Shown one piece after another: positions 63,156 to 64,000 of a stretch of 64,000 nt of DNA (position 1 is its first letter; every line of letters starts with the position of its first letter). A program made the translations under genes and the position numbers. Source of the stretch: an uncultured Solirubrobacterales bacterium (GTDB lineage: Bacteria; Actinomycetota; Thermoleophilia; Solirubrobacterales; 70-9). The stretch is from positions 196,365 through 260,364 of the forward strand of contig CAWFHN010000006.1 in the NCBI GenBank assembly GCA_963815665.1, in the 5' to 3' direction. The notes beneath the pieces are model-generated. The model was not told the DNA's origin. It was given only the letters and a program-made list of their open reading frames with translations, and did no database searches.

Positions 63156-64000
63156 GACTACCCGCCAGCTCCGCGTAGATGGCCTCTGTCCGCTCCGCGA
63201 CGTCGCCCCAGTCGAAACGGCTCAGGTGCTCGAAGGCCTCCGCCGTGAGGCGGCGGCAGAGCTTGGCGTCGTCCAGGACACGGGTCGTCATCTCCGCGAG
63301 CGACTGCGGGTCGCGGGCGCGGAACCGCAGCCCGACCTCATCGTGCGGGACCACCTCCCGCAGGCCGCCGGTGTCGGCGACGATGCAGGGGCAGCTCGAG
63401 GCCATCGCCTCGAGCGCGACCAGGCCGAAGGGCTCGTAGATCGAGGGGACCACGCAGACGTCGGCGATCGCGTAGAGCGAGTGGAGGACGTCGTCGCCGA
63501 TCCAGCCGACGAAGGTGCCGTGCGACATCAGGCCGAGCTCTTCGGCCTGCCGGCGGAGCTCCTGCTCGTGCGTCCCCGATCCCGCGACGACGAAGCGCGT
63601 CTTCGGCAGGCGCTCGATGATCTCGGGCAGGGCCTCGAGCGCCACCTGGAAGCCCTTCTCGTAGACCAGGCGGCCGACCAGCAGCACGAGCGATTCGTCC
63701 GGCTCGGCGAACTCGGCGCGCAGCCGGCGGAGCTGGTCGTCGTCCTGAGGCTGGAGGTCCTCGGGATCGATCCCGTTGGCGATCACCTCGATCGATACCT
63801 CGGGAACGCCGAAGACGTCGACGATCTGCTCGCGCATGAAGGTCGAGCAGGCGATCACCCGGTCCGAGCGGTTCGTGATCCAGCGCTCGACGCCGTGGAT
63901 GTAGGACTGCGGGTGCTTCTCCACCCAGCCCTGATGGCGGCCGTGCTCAGTCGCGTGGATCGTCGTGACAAGCGGGGAGTCGAATCGCCGCGCGAGGTGG
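63139..64000 (-). CDS. GT4-family glycosyltransferase (GT-B fold), 5' end beyond the window
   Basis: The frame stays open upstream of the track start (my translation of 63925..63999 gives HLARRFDSPLVTTIHATEHGRHQGW). C-terminal domain: VGRLVYEKGFQVALEA...PSIYEPFGLVALEAMA. Confidence 0.85.
   Translation of the reverse strand, partial: HLARRFDSPLVTTIHATEHGRHQGWVEKHPQSYIHGVERWITNRSDRVIACSTFMREQIVDVFGVPEVSIEVIANGIDPEDLQPQDDDQLRRLRAEFAEPDESLVLLVGRLVYEKGFQVALEALPEIIERLPKTRFVVAGSGTHEQELRRQAEELGLMSHGTFVGWIGDDVLHSLYAIADVCVVPSIYEPFGLVALEAMASSCPCIVADTGGLREVVPHDEVGLRFRARDPQSLAEMTTRVLDDAKLCRRLTAEAFEHLSRFDWGDVAERTEAIYAELAGSRDPAA

Overview
This is a very GC-rich, gene-dense window with about 70 CDS and no rRNA, tRNA, CRISPR, transposase or integrase that I could recognise. 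The gene content and order look actinobacterial. The minus strand carries the conserved backbone rpmE - DUF1385 - prfA - prmC - tsaC - wecA-like - atpI-like - atpBEFHAGDC, the same order as M. tuberculosis Rv1298-Rv1311. Two blocks of other genes interrupt this backbone.

Block A (about 10.1-19.9 kb) holds asnB-type amidotransferase, SRPBCC/ArsR, a DHFR-like gene, a sugar transferase, DUF354, glyA, an R2-like di-metal protein with TetR, and two SnoaL paralogs.

Block B (about 22.5-29.4 kb) holds an Nramp-related transporter, an ApbE / ferric-reductase-like / Ser-Gly-Tyr-rich membrane protein operon, an OmpR-type two-component system, a ferredoxin, and an AbiEi-DUF559 gene bracketed by related 41-nt palindromes.

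The right half carries:
- NTF2-like genes, a hydrolase and a methyltransferase
- a convergent LuxR-RR / PAS-GAF kinase pair separated by a perfect 2 x 88-bp tandem repeat
- a PHP phosphatase and a PfkB kinase
- etfB-etfA-ETF:QO
- an ECF sigma/anti-sigma pair
- dispersed methylmalonyl-CoA mutase parts: B12 subunit at 42.3 kb, catalytic subunit at 49-50.7 kb, meaB at 59.7 kb
- large secreted proteins, including a beta-propeller/phosphoesterase fusion with poly-Lys loops, a tannase-like hydrolase, and a protein ending in a roughly 53-residue Lys/His tail
- a GGDEF protein, HAD hydrolase, thiolase, leucyl aminopeptidase, PaaI thioesterase, HxlR regulator, acyl-CoA dehydrogenase and glycan-modifying genes

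Four single-nucleotide frameshifts cluster at 49-57 kb: two in the mutase catalytic subunit, one in pepA, one in paaI. These are either real pseudogenes or local sequence errors.

The candidates I find most interesting:
- the ApbE operon, which has a low-complexity protein where an FMN-binding acceptor normally sits, together with the flanking shared GAGATTTCTC motif
- the polycationic Lys/His modules in secreted proteins
- the palindrome-bracketed DUF559 cassette
- the 88-bp tandem repeat

Many long ORFs in the supplied track are antisense or out-of-frame artefacts of high GC content and were not called.
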